From positions 434,001 through 498,000 of the forward strand of contig OY253676.1 of assembly GCA_958009085.1 (NCBI GenBank): a DNA stretch of 64,000 nucleotides, written 5' to 3'. This stretch comes from Protoeuglena noctilucae (taxonomy: Eukaryota). Below the pieces are notes generated by a model. That model was given only the letters and a program-made list of their open reading frames with translations, was not told where the DNA came from and did not search any database. Both the position numbers and the translations under genes were made by a program. Of the stretch, positions 11,816 through 24,002 are shown in pieces; position 1 is the stretch's first letter; every line of letters starts with the position of its first letter.

Positions 11816-13439
11816 TCAGCTGGGTTGGGTGCCGCTGCGCTTGGCTCGCAGCTCCTCCACCCTGCACTGCACCAGCCCCGGCTCTCCCCCCGTGTTGACC
11901 AGGTCCGCACCGCGGTCGGCCATTTGCAGCACCAATGGGTGGACGTCGTCACGCCAAACTGGTTTAAGAGCGGCGTAGAAAATGGGCGTCCTGCCCTCAC
12001 GGTCCTGCGCCTCCCCGGCGTCGAGCAGGAGGCTGGTGCAAGCTGTGAGGTGGACTCCGTGCAGGGGCGTCCCGCCGAAATTGTCTGCTGCGTTTACCTT
12101 AGCCCCCGCCGCCAGCAGCAACCGCGTCACCTACGCAGCCAGCTGCTCTTGATTGTAAATCCCCGCCGCCGAATGGAGAGGCGTCCTGCCAAACTTGCCC
12201 CTGGCGTTGACATCCGCGCCCAGCTCAATCATCGCGCGGACGGCGTTGACAGCAGCGGAGCAACAAGCGTGGTGAAGGGGGGAGTCCCCATCTTCATCGC
12301 CCTGGACGCTCACCCCACGCGTCGCCAGCCACCGCACCACCTCCCCGGAACTTGTCCATTGCATCGCGGTCATTCCCTCACCGTCCTTTGCCGCAACGTC
12401 TACCCCCAGCTCCTTAAAGACCTTCATGACGCCCAGATTGCCACGAAATGCGGCACGCATGAAAGCCGTTCCGTCCATATCGCGAGATTTGACGTCCGCC
12501 CCCGCCTCCACCAGCCGCCTCACGATGCCCGGCGTCGGACTACCCCAGCACACCGCTGCCAACGTCTCATCCTCGCCTTTCCATCCGACGCTAGCCGATG
12601 CTCCCGCCTCCAGCAGCACCTCCAGCAACTCCTCATGACCCTCATATCCGGCATGCGCCACCGCCGTCTGCCAGCCCTCATCACCACCACGCGCGTCCAC
12701 CTCCGCGCCCGCTGCCAGGCACGCCTTGACCGCCTCCACACACCCTCGCTTCGTGCAGTACGACATCAACGGCCATGCTCTCCGCATCCGCCGGTTGACG
12801 TTCGCCCCCATCGCCACCGCCGCCCGCACCATATGCGCCAGCTCCCCGTCCCCGAGTGCGTACTCCCACTCCAGCCTGCCGTCCGCCCCACGCCCCACCG
12901 GCCGTTGCGCCTTCACTGCCACCATCAGCGGCGACTGGTCACGCCCTGTGCGCTTGCCAGGCAATCGCCACGAGAGGCCGTTGATGTCTGGCGTCTCCGC
13001 CACGAGCAGGGCCAGCCGCCATTCCCCCAAACTCGCCAAATGGTGCTCCCACGGCCCTCGGAAGTCGTACACGTGCAGCGGACCGTAGAAGAGCTTCATC
13101 CGACCTGCCGTATCGAAATCGAGGACTTTACGTCCGAATCATCCGAGTCATTTTCCGCAGTCGCGCGGAGGTTCCACGGCCTCCACACCTCGTCCACCTC
13201 GTCGCGCATCTCCCGCGACACCGCACGCGCCGCCGTCACGTCGCGCAGAGGCACCAGCCGCAGGATCTCGCGATGCAGCTCCCCGGGGATGTCACCCCAC
13301 CCTGCACACGCAGCCGGCCGACGCAGCGTGGCACAGCGTGCCTAGGACACACATCTGCCCCTTCTACGAACGCCTCACCCACGCGAGAACCCCTCTGCGT
13401 TGCCATCAACGCCTGCTGGGCCTCATGCTCGCCCTCCAT
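11816..13439 (-). pseudogene. F-box + ankyrin-repeat gene disrupted by a frame break and an in-frame TAG
   Basis: ATG 13439, intron 13302-13378, F-box-like WGDIPGELHREILRLVPLRDVTAARAVSREMRDEVD; frame change at about 13096-13145; ankyrin repeats (GDSPLHHAC, GRTPLHSAA, GGTPLH, GRTPIFYAA); TAG at 12131-12133 inside a repeat with the same frame continuing. Confidence 0.7.
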
Positions 13440-14192
13440 CGCGCGCCGACCTGCGGAGGCGCACCGACATCGCTATCCAAGCAGACGTCTCTTCCGATGA
13501 ACCAGGCGCCGCGCCCGATGCCCCGGTGCCTGAATTGCCCCTGCGAGCGACTGCATTTCTACTCACGTGCTGCACCAGGCCACGTCGACCCCGGAACGAT
13601 GCGGCGCGGGCGCAGGCAAGGCTTCGAGCTGGGTGACGTGACTAAGCTGGGTGCGGCTCACTCCGCGCGCGTGCTCGCAGCCGATGGCTCAGGCTTGAAT
13701 CCGACGACTCGCAAAATGTGCACTGCGCTGGACCCGAGCCCTGGGGTCGGTGCCCGGGCCGCGCGGGGGAGGCCCCCATGTCGGTTGCAGCGCCTGACTT
13801 GATCGTGCTGTCCCCGGACCAGCTTTGCCGCAGAGCTGACCACGGCAGGAGATGGACGACGAGTGCAACCAGGCGTTCGAGGTGGAACGGGGCAAGGACA
13901 AGCGCTGTTTGGCAAACCGCAGCAAAATCCGCTGCGCCGACTGACCAAGCGCCTCTTCCCGCTGCCGTGACCAGCGTGGAGTCATGGCATACGGAGTGAC
14001 GAGGTGACGTCGCATGACGTCGCTGCGAGTGCTGCAGTGCGAGGGAGACGTGGTCTGATGTGAATGCGGTGGCCATTGTCATTAAGAGCGTGCGCATGGG
14101 TTCACTCCAAGTAATCGCTCTAATTCGACGACACAGTTGAGGTTGCCGATGCCGAGCGACGTAAAGGTGCTGCGTCGCGGCTCCATCCCCTT

Positions 14193-14894
14193 ATGCTAAC
14201 TGCAAACGGTAATCAAGCCTTTTTGCGCCCCGTGAGTAGCGGATGCGCCCGATTCCCAGTCGCCGCTCTTCGCAGGACGTGGGCCCTTGCGCCCGTCGTG
14301 ACCTCCGCCTCGCGCCGCCGTGCGGTCGCCGCGCGTTCCGCAGACAAGGTCAACGAGATGCGTGACTTCTCGAGCCAGCTGCAGCAGAAGCTTCTCAGCA
14401 GCGAGGACGCTTGGAAGGAGGAGAGCAAGGAGCAGATGCGGAAGGAGGCGCACAAGTCGGGCCTCTTGCATCCCCACGGCCAGGTGGTCCTCCTCAACGA
14501 CGATGACTTCGACGAGGCGATTGGATTGAACGACGTCGTGGTGGTCGACTTCTTCTCAGACACCTGCGGGCCTTGTCGGCTGGCGTACCCCAAGGTGTGA
14601 CCTCTCCGCACCTCCCAGCGTTGTGTGGTGTGCCAGTCGCGCGGAGCCCTCCTGCTACGGCCATGCCCCACCTACCTCGGCCATTCGCAGTACGAGGCCC
14701 TGGCCGAGAAGTACGGGCAGCAGGCGCTCTTCACGAAAGTTAACGCGGGGTCGGACGGCGCCGAAGTGGCCAAGAGACTGGGGGTCAGGGCACTACCCAT
14801 GTTCTTGATCTACAAGGGCGGCGAGGTCGTGGGCGTGTCGGCAGGCGCAAACATCGACAAGGTGGAGAAGGAGCTCATCAATGCCTTGAGCTGA
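14193..14894 (+). CDS. Thioredoxin (f-like), probably plastid-targeted, active site TCGPC; 2 exons
   Basis: R/A/S-rich transit-peptide-like N-terminus; VVVDFFSDTCGPCRLAYPK|YEALAEKY...LGVRALPMFLIYKGGEVV. Confidence 0.85.
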
Positions 14895-15061
14895 GCACGG
14901 TGCCACGCTGGCATTCAACGCTTTGGCATTCAATGCTCCCTTTTTTATTGTATTGTATTCCGTGAAACAGCGAGCAGTGAACTAAGAGTCGCTTGAGTCG
15001 TGAGATCCGCAACAGACATGCTGGCAGCGCCAGGCTCGGGAAAAAGAGAAAAACGCCGGCG

Positions 15062-18000
15062 CTATGCCTGGGCCTGTGCGCGGATGAGGTTGGCGTAGGT
15101 GCCGCCGCGCAGGCTGAGTGCTGTGTGACCGCCCTCCTCAATGACCTTCCCCTGCTGGACCACGGCGATCTTGTCGGCGCCACGGATGGTGCTCAACCGG
15201 TGCGCCACCACCACGGTCGTCCGGCCACGCATGACCGAGTCCAACGCCGCCTGAGGGAAGGACAGCACCACAGCCTCCAGTGTCACGGCCAGGCGGTGGA
15301 TGCATACAATAGGTTGGCCATCGCGCCGTGCATAACAAGGCTCACCTGCACGACCCTCTCCGACTCCGAGTCGAGGGCCGAGGTGGCCTCATCCAGGAGA
15401 AGGATGCGGGGGTCGCGGTACACGGCGCGGGCGATGGCCACGCGCTGCTTCTGCCCACCGGACAGCTGCACGCCACCGGACCCGATCATGGTGTCGTAAC
15501 CCTCCGGGAGGGCCTCGATGAACTTGGCCGCGTTGGCCAGGCGCGCCGCGCGCTCGACCGCGTCGCGCGACGGCTCGTCCTCTGCGGCGGGCGCGTACGG
15601 GGCAACTTAGACTTCCACTCTCGGCCGCGTGAGTGGGGAGCGCTAGGGAAGCGGCACCCTTCAGATGTGGATGTGCACCCTTGATATGCCCCTTGCACCG
15701 TCTCACCTCCGAAAGCGATGTTCTCCGCGATGGTCCCCGTGAACAGCACCGGCTCTTGCTGCACCAGGGCCATGTGGGAGCGCATCCACCGCACACAGAG
15801 CTGGCGGACGTCGCGGCCGTCCAGCAGCACCGTCCCGGACTCTGCAAGCGCCACAGCAGCACAGGGGGTTTGTAACGGAGTGGTCAGAGCCCCATGGAGC
15901 TGGCAAAGTTCATGCCAGCCGGCATGGGCACTGGTGTCTCACCTGGGTCGTACCAACGCTGGATGAGGGCGATCGCGGTGGACTTGCCGCTGCCCGACTC
16001 GCCCACGAGCGCGACGGTGCGGCCTGCGGGGATGTCGAGCGTGAAGCCCTGGAACACCTCGACGGTGGGGCGGGCCGGGTAGCGGAACACGACGTTGCGG
16101 AACTGGATGTGGCCGACGACGCGGTCGGGCTTTTCGCCGGACTCGTCGTCGACGTCGACGGGCGGCACGCGGTCGATGGTCCGGAAGATGTTGATGGCCG
16201 CGGCCGCGCCCTTGCCCAGGTCGGGGAAGGACATCTGTGCCTGCTGCAGGCCCTGACCTGCGAAGCGATGCGCACAGGCGAACATCAGTACAAGTCCAAT
16301 CCTCTGTGTCATGCCGATGCTGCCGGTGTTCAGCAAGGGCTGCGACTGGCGCAGAGGGTCACCGGCAAAGACGAGGACCATGAGCGCTTGCATGACTTGG
16401 CCGAATCCGATCTCTCCCTTGTGGATGAGCGTCGCGCCGTACCAGAAGCCGAGGGCCCACATGAAGTACATGTACCCGCTCCCGAGGCTGAACCCGAACC
16501 CGCTGCGAGCCAGTACAGAGCGAGGCTGAGACATAGCGATGATGCAACGGCGCCTTGGCATACACAGTAAGCAACGCAACGCCACGACATGCTGGGGAGT
16601 AGGCAAATCGACGCTTTGGTATGCAGAGCGACACCGTGCTGTCGTGTGGCCCACCTGACGTTGGCGCTGCGGACCGAGTCCTTGGTGGGCCCTGCCATGT
16701 GGTGCGCGTAGAGCTTCGAGATGTCGTCCACCAGAGAGAAGGCCTGGATGACCCTGCACAGGTGACCAGGTGCAAAAGAGCATTCCGATTCTGCCATACA
16801 AGCTAAGAGTGTCACGCCCGAACCAAACGAGCCTGCCCGGACCAGTCAAGCCCCATGCGCCACAATCCCATGCTGCCGCCTGCTCACTTGATGTTCGTCA
16901 CGGCGTCCGCGGCCGTGCTGTTGGCCGCCGAGAATCGCTTGGATGAGTCGTGGTCGAAGCCCTGAGCGAACTTTGCCTGGAACGTCGCCGTGATGACCAT
17001 GAAGGGGAACGTGGCGGTGATGACCAGGGCGACCTGCGGGGAGGTCTCAGGAAGGGGCCGTTGCACAACACGCACGAGGCCAGGTCCAGTCCACCTGGCT
17101 GCCGACAACAGCTCCTGCCGTGCGTGTGGGGTGGGTGCGGTGTGTACGCGTAGGGGCATATATGCGTATGCGCATGCACGTACCTTCCAGGACGCGATCA
17201 TGGCCAGCACGTAGGCAATGACGAGGGCCGAGAGGTTCTGCAGGACGACCGAGACGTTGTCGGCCAGAGCACCCTTCACGTAGTAAGCCTGCTTCGCCAG
17301 GTCAGCGGCCAGGTTGCCCGTGGAGTGCTGGGGCATGTCGTACCAGCCCTGGTCCTGACGCAGCATGGCCTTGAAGAGCACGCCGCGGATGCGCATCGCG
17401 AGGTTGGCGGCCATGTACCCCAGGCTGCCACCCTGCGAGCGGAGCGGGCGTTGAGACCATCGAGATGCGTTGCGTCCCTCCCAGGGATGGAATGAACCTG
17501 CTGGAATACCCCTGCCGGCGTCGTCTCCCTAACAGCTGGTGCTCTGCGCACCTGGAGGATGTTGAGGATGAGCGACGAGCCGCCCACGACCGCGAACAGG
17601 ATGACCCACAGGCAGACCTTGTGTTCGACCTCGTCGAGGGGCACGAAGAACGACGAGATAACACGGGAGAAGAAGAAGCCGAACAGCGGCATCAGGGCGC
17701 TGCGGGCGCGGGGCGGCGACGGCATAAGATCCGAAGGTGTCGCAGAGCGGAGGTACACGGGGGACCTTGTGGTGGCAGGTGACATGGAAGGCGCAGACGG
17801 GAGGCGTGTCAACCGCGGAGCATGGAAACAGCGGCGCTGCGAAGGTGCTCACCCGACACCACCCGAGGACAGCACCCCGATGATGAGGAAGGGCCACTCG
17901 CGCTTGTTCAGCTCCCAGATGCGGCTGTAGGGGACCTTCTCCTTGCGCTTCTTCTGCAGGACCGAGACAAAAGGGTAGCAGGCATATCACGACCACACCG

Positions 18001-21000
18001 TCACCCTCTACTACGCCTAGCAGCCGACAGGACCCCAGTAGTTAAGACCTGAGACACCGACGGTCACTGCGACCTCGAACTCCTCACCGTCTTCTCCTTC
18101 ACTTCCGTTGACGGCTCGGAGGTGGACAGCTCCTCGCTGGTGCCCGGCCCCGTGGCGACCTCGTCTTCTTCGTCCTTGGCGGCAGACACGGCGGCCGCGG
18201 CACTGCTGACCCCGCCGGTGATCGCCATGATGGCCGAGCCGACGATGGAGCCCTGCTGCGCGCGCACCAAGGACGCGTATGCGCCCTGGCGGAGCGTCAG
18301 CATCGTGTGGGTGCCCTCCTCGATCACCTCGCCCTTGCGGACGACGGCAATCTTGTCGGCGTTGCGGATGGTGCTGAGACGGTGCGCCACGATCACCGTG
18401 GTGCGGCCCTTCATGACCGAGTCCAGCGCCACCTGTAGGTCGCAGAGAGGCGAGCGGGGATCGGTGCCGGCACGTGTTGGGCCTAGCAACCCCGATGCAA
18501 CAGGTTGCGAGCGTGACTTTTCTACTATGAGACGATCAGAAAACCTCACCTGCACGACCCTCTCGGACTGGGCATCCAGCGCAGAGGTGGCCTCGTCCAG
18601 GAGCAGCACGGCCGGCGCCTTGATGATGGCGCGGGCAATGGCGATGCGCTGCTTCTGGCCGCCCGACATGTGCAGGCCCTTCTCGCCCACGTACGTGTTG
18701 ACGCCGTCCGGCAGCCGCTTGATGAAGCGCCACGCGTTGGCGGCCTTGAGCGCGTCGACCTGCGCGCAGAGATGCAACCAAAGATGACTCCATCCTAAGC
18801 GTGGACGGCCAAGACCACACCCATGGTCTCGTCCGCTGCCGCCCGCTCATAACCAGCCCAGCGCCGGCACTCACCACTTCCTCGTCCGTGGCGCCCGGCT
18901 TGCCGTAGCGCACGTTCTCGAGGATGCTGGTGGCGAAGAGGGTGGGCTCCTGCGACACGAGGCCCACGCGCGTGCGCAGCCATCGAACGTTGAGGTCCAT
19001 GAGGTCGACCCCGTCGAGGGTGATGCTGCCGGAGAGGGGGTCGTAGAAGCGCAGAAGGAGGGAGATGATGGTGGACTTGCCCGAGCCGCTCTCGCCGACC
19101 AGGGCCGTCGACTTGCCGGCGGGGATGTCGAGGCTGAAGTTGCGGAAGACCATCACGTCAGGGCGCACGGGGTAGCTGAACGAGACGTTCTTGAGCTCCA
19201 GGTGACCCTCGCAGGTCTCCGGCTGCTGGCCCGAGGGGTCCAACTCATCGATCTCTGGGAGAGGGACAGAGGGGCGGAGCGTGACGGGAGGGTCAAGGAC
19301 AGGGCTGAAGACGTCAAGGTGCCACTGCAGGCCACGGCACTTGCCTGGCTTGCGCTTGATGATCATGTAGAGCAGGGACCCCGCTGCGCCCGCCTGCTTG
19401 AACTTCTGCACCGCTGGCATCGCCAGGCCGATGGAGAAACCTGAGATAGCATACGACGAGAGGTGGGCCTCAGCAACGGCTGGGGCGAGTCTCAGGTGTC
19501 GGCTGGCTGTCGCCTGAGCGCCGCTCACCGGCGATGATGACCGACAGGAGCACCGTCAGGACCTTGCCCCCCGTCATTTCCCCGCGCGCGATCTTGCGCC
19601 CACCGTACCACAGCGCCAGGGCGAAAAGTCCGAAGAAGCTGAGATTGGTGCACCCCATTGCCAGGCTGTGCGCCAGCTGCTGCTTCGTCTCGAACCACTT
19701 CGGCTTGTCGAGGAACCTGATGTTGGAAACAGACACGCAACTTGCCGCCGAGCTGCCCGCAATGACACGCCCAGGGTGGGCGCGGAGCCATGCAGCCACG
19801 CAGCAACCATGCGGGGCTCACCTGGCGTACTTCCTCGCCATGTAGGACTGGGCGTTGAAGGCAGAGACGGCCTTGATGTTCCCGAAGCACTCCTGTGACA
19901 CTGCAGACGCGTCCCGGTGCGCGGCGGCACCCTGCGTCTCGGCCCAGCCGATCACGCTGGCCAGCGCAGCCCCGCTGGCGCCCATGAACGGAACCGCCGA
20001 CAGCACGACCAGCGTCATGTCCCAGCTGCACGCAGGCAATCAAAACGTGCTTCATGTGCGTTTCATGCACGCAGCCCATGGGATTGGACTTTGCTCGACC
20101 ATGCGCGTCACCTGTACACGAACGCCACGATGATCCCGCCGACCGCCGTCGTGGTGTTCTGCAGGAACGCCGCGACCTTCTCGCCCAGGCCGTCCTGGAC
20201 GGTGGCCGTGTCCTGGTTGAGAGAGTTGAGCAGACCCCCCGCCGTGGTGCTGATGTCGAAGAACGTCACGTCCTGGCGCAGCATCGCCTTGAGGTACCGG
20301 ACCCGGATGCGGTTGCCGATCCGCACCGCGTTGGCCATGAAGCCGGCCACCGAGATATAGGAGGCTATCAGAGTGACGCCTCCCACCACCACGAACACGA
20401 TCGAGAGCGTGATGATCTGGTGCACCAGCTTGTCGAGCCCAGAGTTGGGCCCCAGCTTGTCGATCGTCCTGCCGAAGATGATGCAGAACGCCACGAGGCA
20501 CAGGCCGTTCGCGACGGCGGCGAGGGAGTAGAAGATTATCAGAAGCCAGTCCAGCGGCCCGCAGAAGGTCGTGTACAGCGTGAAGTAGCTGATGGTCTTG
20601 ACGTTGTCCTTCAGCGTCATCAGCGACTTGCTCCGGAGCGTCTTCTCCGAGCGCTCAGAGGTCTCCTTGGCGGGCTTCCCCTGTAAGCGCGAAAGATGGC
20701 TTCGTGGAACACAGGTCAGGGCTGATGGCTGCATGGCTTCGTGCGACGGAGGTCGGGGCTGATGGGCTGCAGCGCTCCTGTGCCACAAGCGAGGCATCGA
20801 GCGGAACGCGCCGGCAGCGCGTCCATCGCACAGGCGGAGCGACCACAAATGTTCGCGAGCGGAAAATAGCGGCGAAGGGCGCTCAGCGCCCCTCGCCGCC
20901 GGCACAGCGCGCGTTTGCAGCGCGCTTCCGCGTGGGAGGAGGTCAATGGTGGCGCGCGGCGGCGAACGCCTGTAAGCGTCTTCCGGCACCCCAAACCGCC

Positions 21001-21009
21001 ATTCACCAT
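15062..21009 (-). CDS. ABCB: Full-size ABCB (P-glycoprotein/MDR) transporter, many exons
   Basis: Two TMD-NBD halves: Walker [10 protein letters not shown] twice, signatures [14 protein letters not shown] and [34 protein letters not shown]. Start inferred as an ATG-only first coding exon at 21007-21009 spliced to GKPAKE at 20680 (start less certain). Confidence 0.93.
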
Positions 21010-21256
21010 TTTTTCCGGTTGTGAGCAGCTCGCAGGGCACTGCGCTTTTTTCGGCGATCGCGTCCCCGCGGGCTACCCTGGAACGGTTCACGTAAGCGCA
21101 CTCAAGCCCGCTCTGCAAGGCACGCCTTCCCCCAGGCTCGGTGACCACGTTGGAGAGGAAATCTACCCCAACTCTGACCGCGTGTAGGGCCCTGCGGCTA
21201 AGAAGGCAGCGAGCCCTCGGCCCATGTGCGCTTGAAACTTCTGGCGTCCTCGAATC

Positions 21257-23679
21257 CTAGCCGTCCGAGCCACTTTCCGCAGCAGTCGACGCGCGCACGG
21301 CTCGCTGCAGTGCCGACTGCACGTGCGCAGCGACGCCCGCCCCCCTCTCGCCCGCGTCCCCCCTCCCCAGCTGCATGCGACTGCGAAGGAGGAACGCCAC
21401 GCCAGGTCACGCCGATTGACGCACAGCGACAGTCCCACCCAGCGCTCCGCCACTCCGCGCACCTGAGGACCGCTGTGACGGTCTCCTTGTACGCATCCAT
21501 CTCCTCCCGCGAGACGTCGCAGTCCCGGACGTAGTTGTTGTCCGCCTTGCGCAGCATCTCCTTGAAGTGCTTGACGTCCTCTTTCCGAAGCATGGTGTAC
21601 ACTTCCCCGGCGCGGCCCGCCCGCGCCGTGCGCCCCGCGCGGTGCACGTACGTCTTGGTGTAGACGGGGGCGTCGTAGTTCACCACCGCCGTCACACCCT
21701 CCACATCCAGGCCCCGCGTCGCCGCGTCGGAGGCCACCAGTACCGGCACCGCGCCGGCGCGGAACTGCTCCAGCGCCCTCGCGCGCTGGCGCTCGGGGAT
21801 GACGCTTGAGAACTCGGCGCTGGCGGGCGCCGCCCCGCGCTCGTGCGCGCCGGCCAGGAGCAGGCTGAGGCTGCGTGCGAGGCCGGTTCGGTCGGTGCCG
21901 CGCGCGCAGAGCGCCAGCGCAGCGTGCGTCAGGGCACCACGCCCGCGCGGCCTGTCACCGGTGCGCGGCCTCCAAGGACGATGCGAACACCATGACGCGG
22001 GCCTCGGGGGCCTCGGCGAGACGGGACAGGAGTGCCAAGAAGGCGTGTGGTTTGAACGCCCCAGGGCACACCACCTTGAACTCCCTCAGGGTCTTGGGGA
22101 GCGACGGCCGCTGCTCATCCCCCGTCACGGCGACGTAGCGCGGGGTCACGAGCCTGCGGAATCGGAGCTGTCACGCAGTGTCGGCGAGACCAGGCTGTCG
22201 AGGTCTCTGACCGCGCCAAGCCATGCGCCGCTCGTCACCCTAGCCGGGCGATCTTGGACGGGTCACGGGTGAGGGTGGCAGACGCGACGATCTTGACCAC
22301 GCGCCGTTCCCCGGCCGCCACGGCCGCCCTGACGCCCAACGACGCCCCACTTGCGTCCTCATGGGCCCTGCCGGCGGCCGCCAGCACTCGAGGCAGCCAC
22401 TCCTGGTAAGACTGCCGCAGCAGGCGATCCGCCTCGTCCACAACGAGGAAGCCGAGGCGAGAGAGGGAGAACCCGGGAGTGCCGCGCAGATGGGACACCA
22501 GTCGCCCGGGTGTCGCCACCACAGCGTCCACCCGCCCACGCCCAGCCATCACGAGGCCCCCAGCCTCCTGCGCCAGAGACTCCCCGCCCGCGGCGACCCC
22601 GAGCGCGAGGCCCGCGGCTTTGAAGAGCGGCTCGAGGACACGCGACACCTGGCGCGCTAGGTCCCGCGTCGGGAGGACCACCAGCGCGCGGATGGGCCGG
22701 GGGGTTCCGGGCGCAGGGCGGGCGGGCGCGTCACCGCAGGGCGGCGCGAGGAAGTGCACTAGAGGCAGCGCGTAGGCCAGCGTCTTGCCGCTCCCTGTCG
22801 GGGCGCACACGCACAAATCGTGCCGCGTGCCGGTGCCCCCAGCCATGTGCTTCCAAACCGAAGCCTGGATCGGAAACAGGGACTCGATGCCAGACGCGCG
22901 AAGAGCCTTTCTGACATCCTGCACGGGGAAGGGCAGGCTGTCTGTGAGAGGGCGCGAGTACAGGTGCGCGGGGACGGGCGAAAGAGCTTGCCACGCTTCA
23001 CCTGCCGCAGACCGGCAACGTCTTCCAGCGTCTCGTCGTCCGCGCCTTGTCCGACGGACATGGGCACGCGCATCCATGGCAGCACGGGCGCCTTGCGTGC
23101 TTTTTTGCCCTGCGGCAGCGTCACATTGGTGCCCCGAAGCGACGCCACTGTCCCATCGCCCCCGTCGTCCTCTCCAGACATTTCTCTGTCCTCATCCGCT
23201 CCATTAGCTCCGTCCACATCGACCGCAGCCTCGCCGGCATCGACCTCTGGGCCCAAGGCGTCCCCATTCCCCGCCGGCGCCTCGTCGGGGGGACTATCCA
23301 CGGCGCCGGCGGTCTCCCTCGCCTTCTTCGTGGATGTGCCCTTCTCTGCGAGGCCCCGCCGCCGCTTACTCCCGCGCTCGTCGGCCCCAACGCCTGCACA
23401 AAGGCAACGGACCTTGTTCAGAGCCGCGTGCTCAAGAACGACCGTTTTTTCCAATGGCCGTCGCTGCCAGACAGCACCTGAACGTGGAACGTCATGACTG
23501 CTCGACCCCGCCCGCGCATTGGACTCGGCACGCTCCTTGTCTTCGGGGCACTGCCTGGCTGCATCACCAGACCCGTTCCCATTGCGCGTCTGCCCCGCCT
23601 CCGCTTCCTTCCTCGCCCTCGCTTTCGCGTTCAGCCTCTCCAGTATGCTCTGGGGGGTGGGGGAAGCATGGTCGCGCAT
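21257..23679 (-). CDS. DDX51: DEAD-box RNA helicase DDX51/Dbp6, multi-exon
   Basis: LFPIQ, DLCVCAPTGSGKTLAYALP, LPTRDLA, TPGRL, DEADRLL, SATLTRDPSKI, SDAATRGLD, YVHRAGRTARAG. Last exon inferred (…ESGSDG, TAG 21257-21259). Confidence 0.88.
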
Positions 23680-24002
23680 CCCAAACGCCGCGGCACGATT
23701 TGCTCTTTTCACAAACGGGAACCCATCGATGTGGGGGCAAGGGCGCGCGATGTGCTTGTGCAGTTCTAGTCGTGGGAGAGCCTGAGGAGGGAGGGCCTGG
23801 GACTCGGCATTTGGCACTTGGCACGGAGGGAGGGCACCTGACTGCACCTGACTGCTGCCCTCCAGCCATCCCAAGCTGCATGTTCTGACTCTTGTCAACG
23901 AACTCATCTCACAGGTCGCGGTCTTGCTGGCGCACGCCTTCCAGCAGTCACAGTGTCCCGTCCATCCACTTGGGGCGCTTGCTGAGGCGTCCCCTCCGTC
24001 CT

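Noticed and set aside
9063..13345. Very long antisense ORFs (9063-10970, 10280-11602, 11801-13345)
   Set aside because: Shadow frames opposite real GC-rich coding exons, with no recognisable domains.
13500..13945. Possible small gene or remnant between the ankyrin and thioredoxin genes (acceptor-like site then EMDDECNQAFEVERGKDKRC...)
   Set aside because: No coherent exon chain or recognisable homology could be built.
21010..21256. Bicistronic DDX51-ABCB locus
   Set aside because: The gap of about 250 nt is similar to other spacers here and cannot be judged without transcripts.
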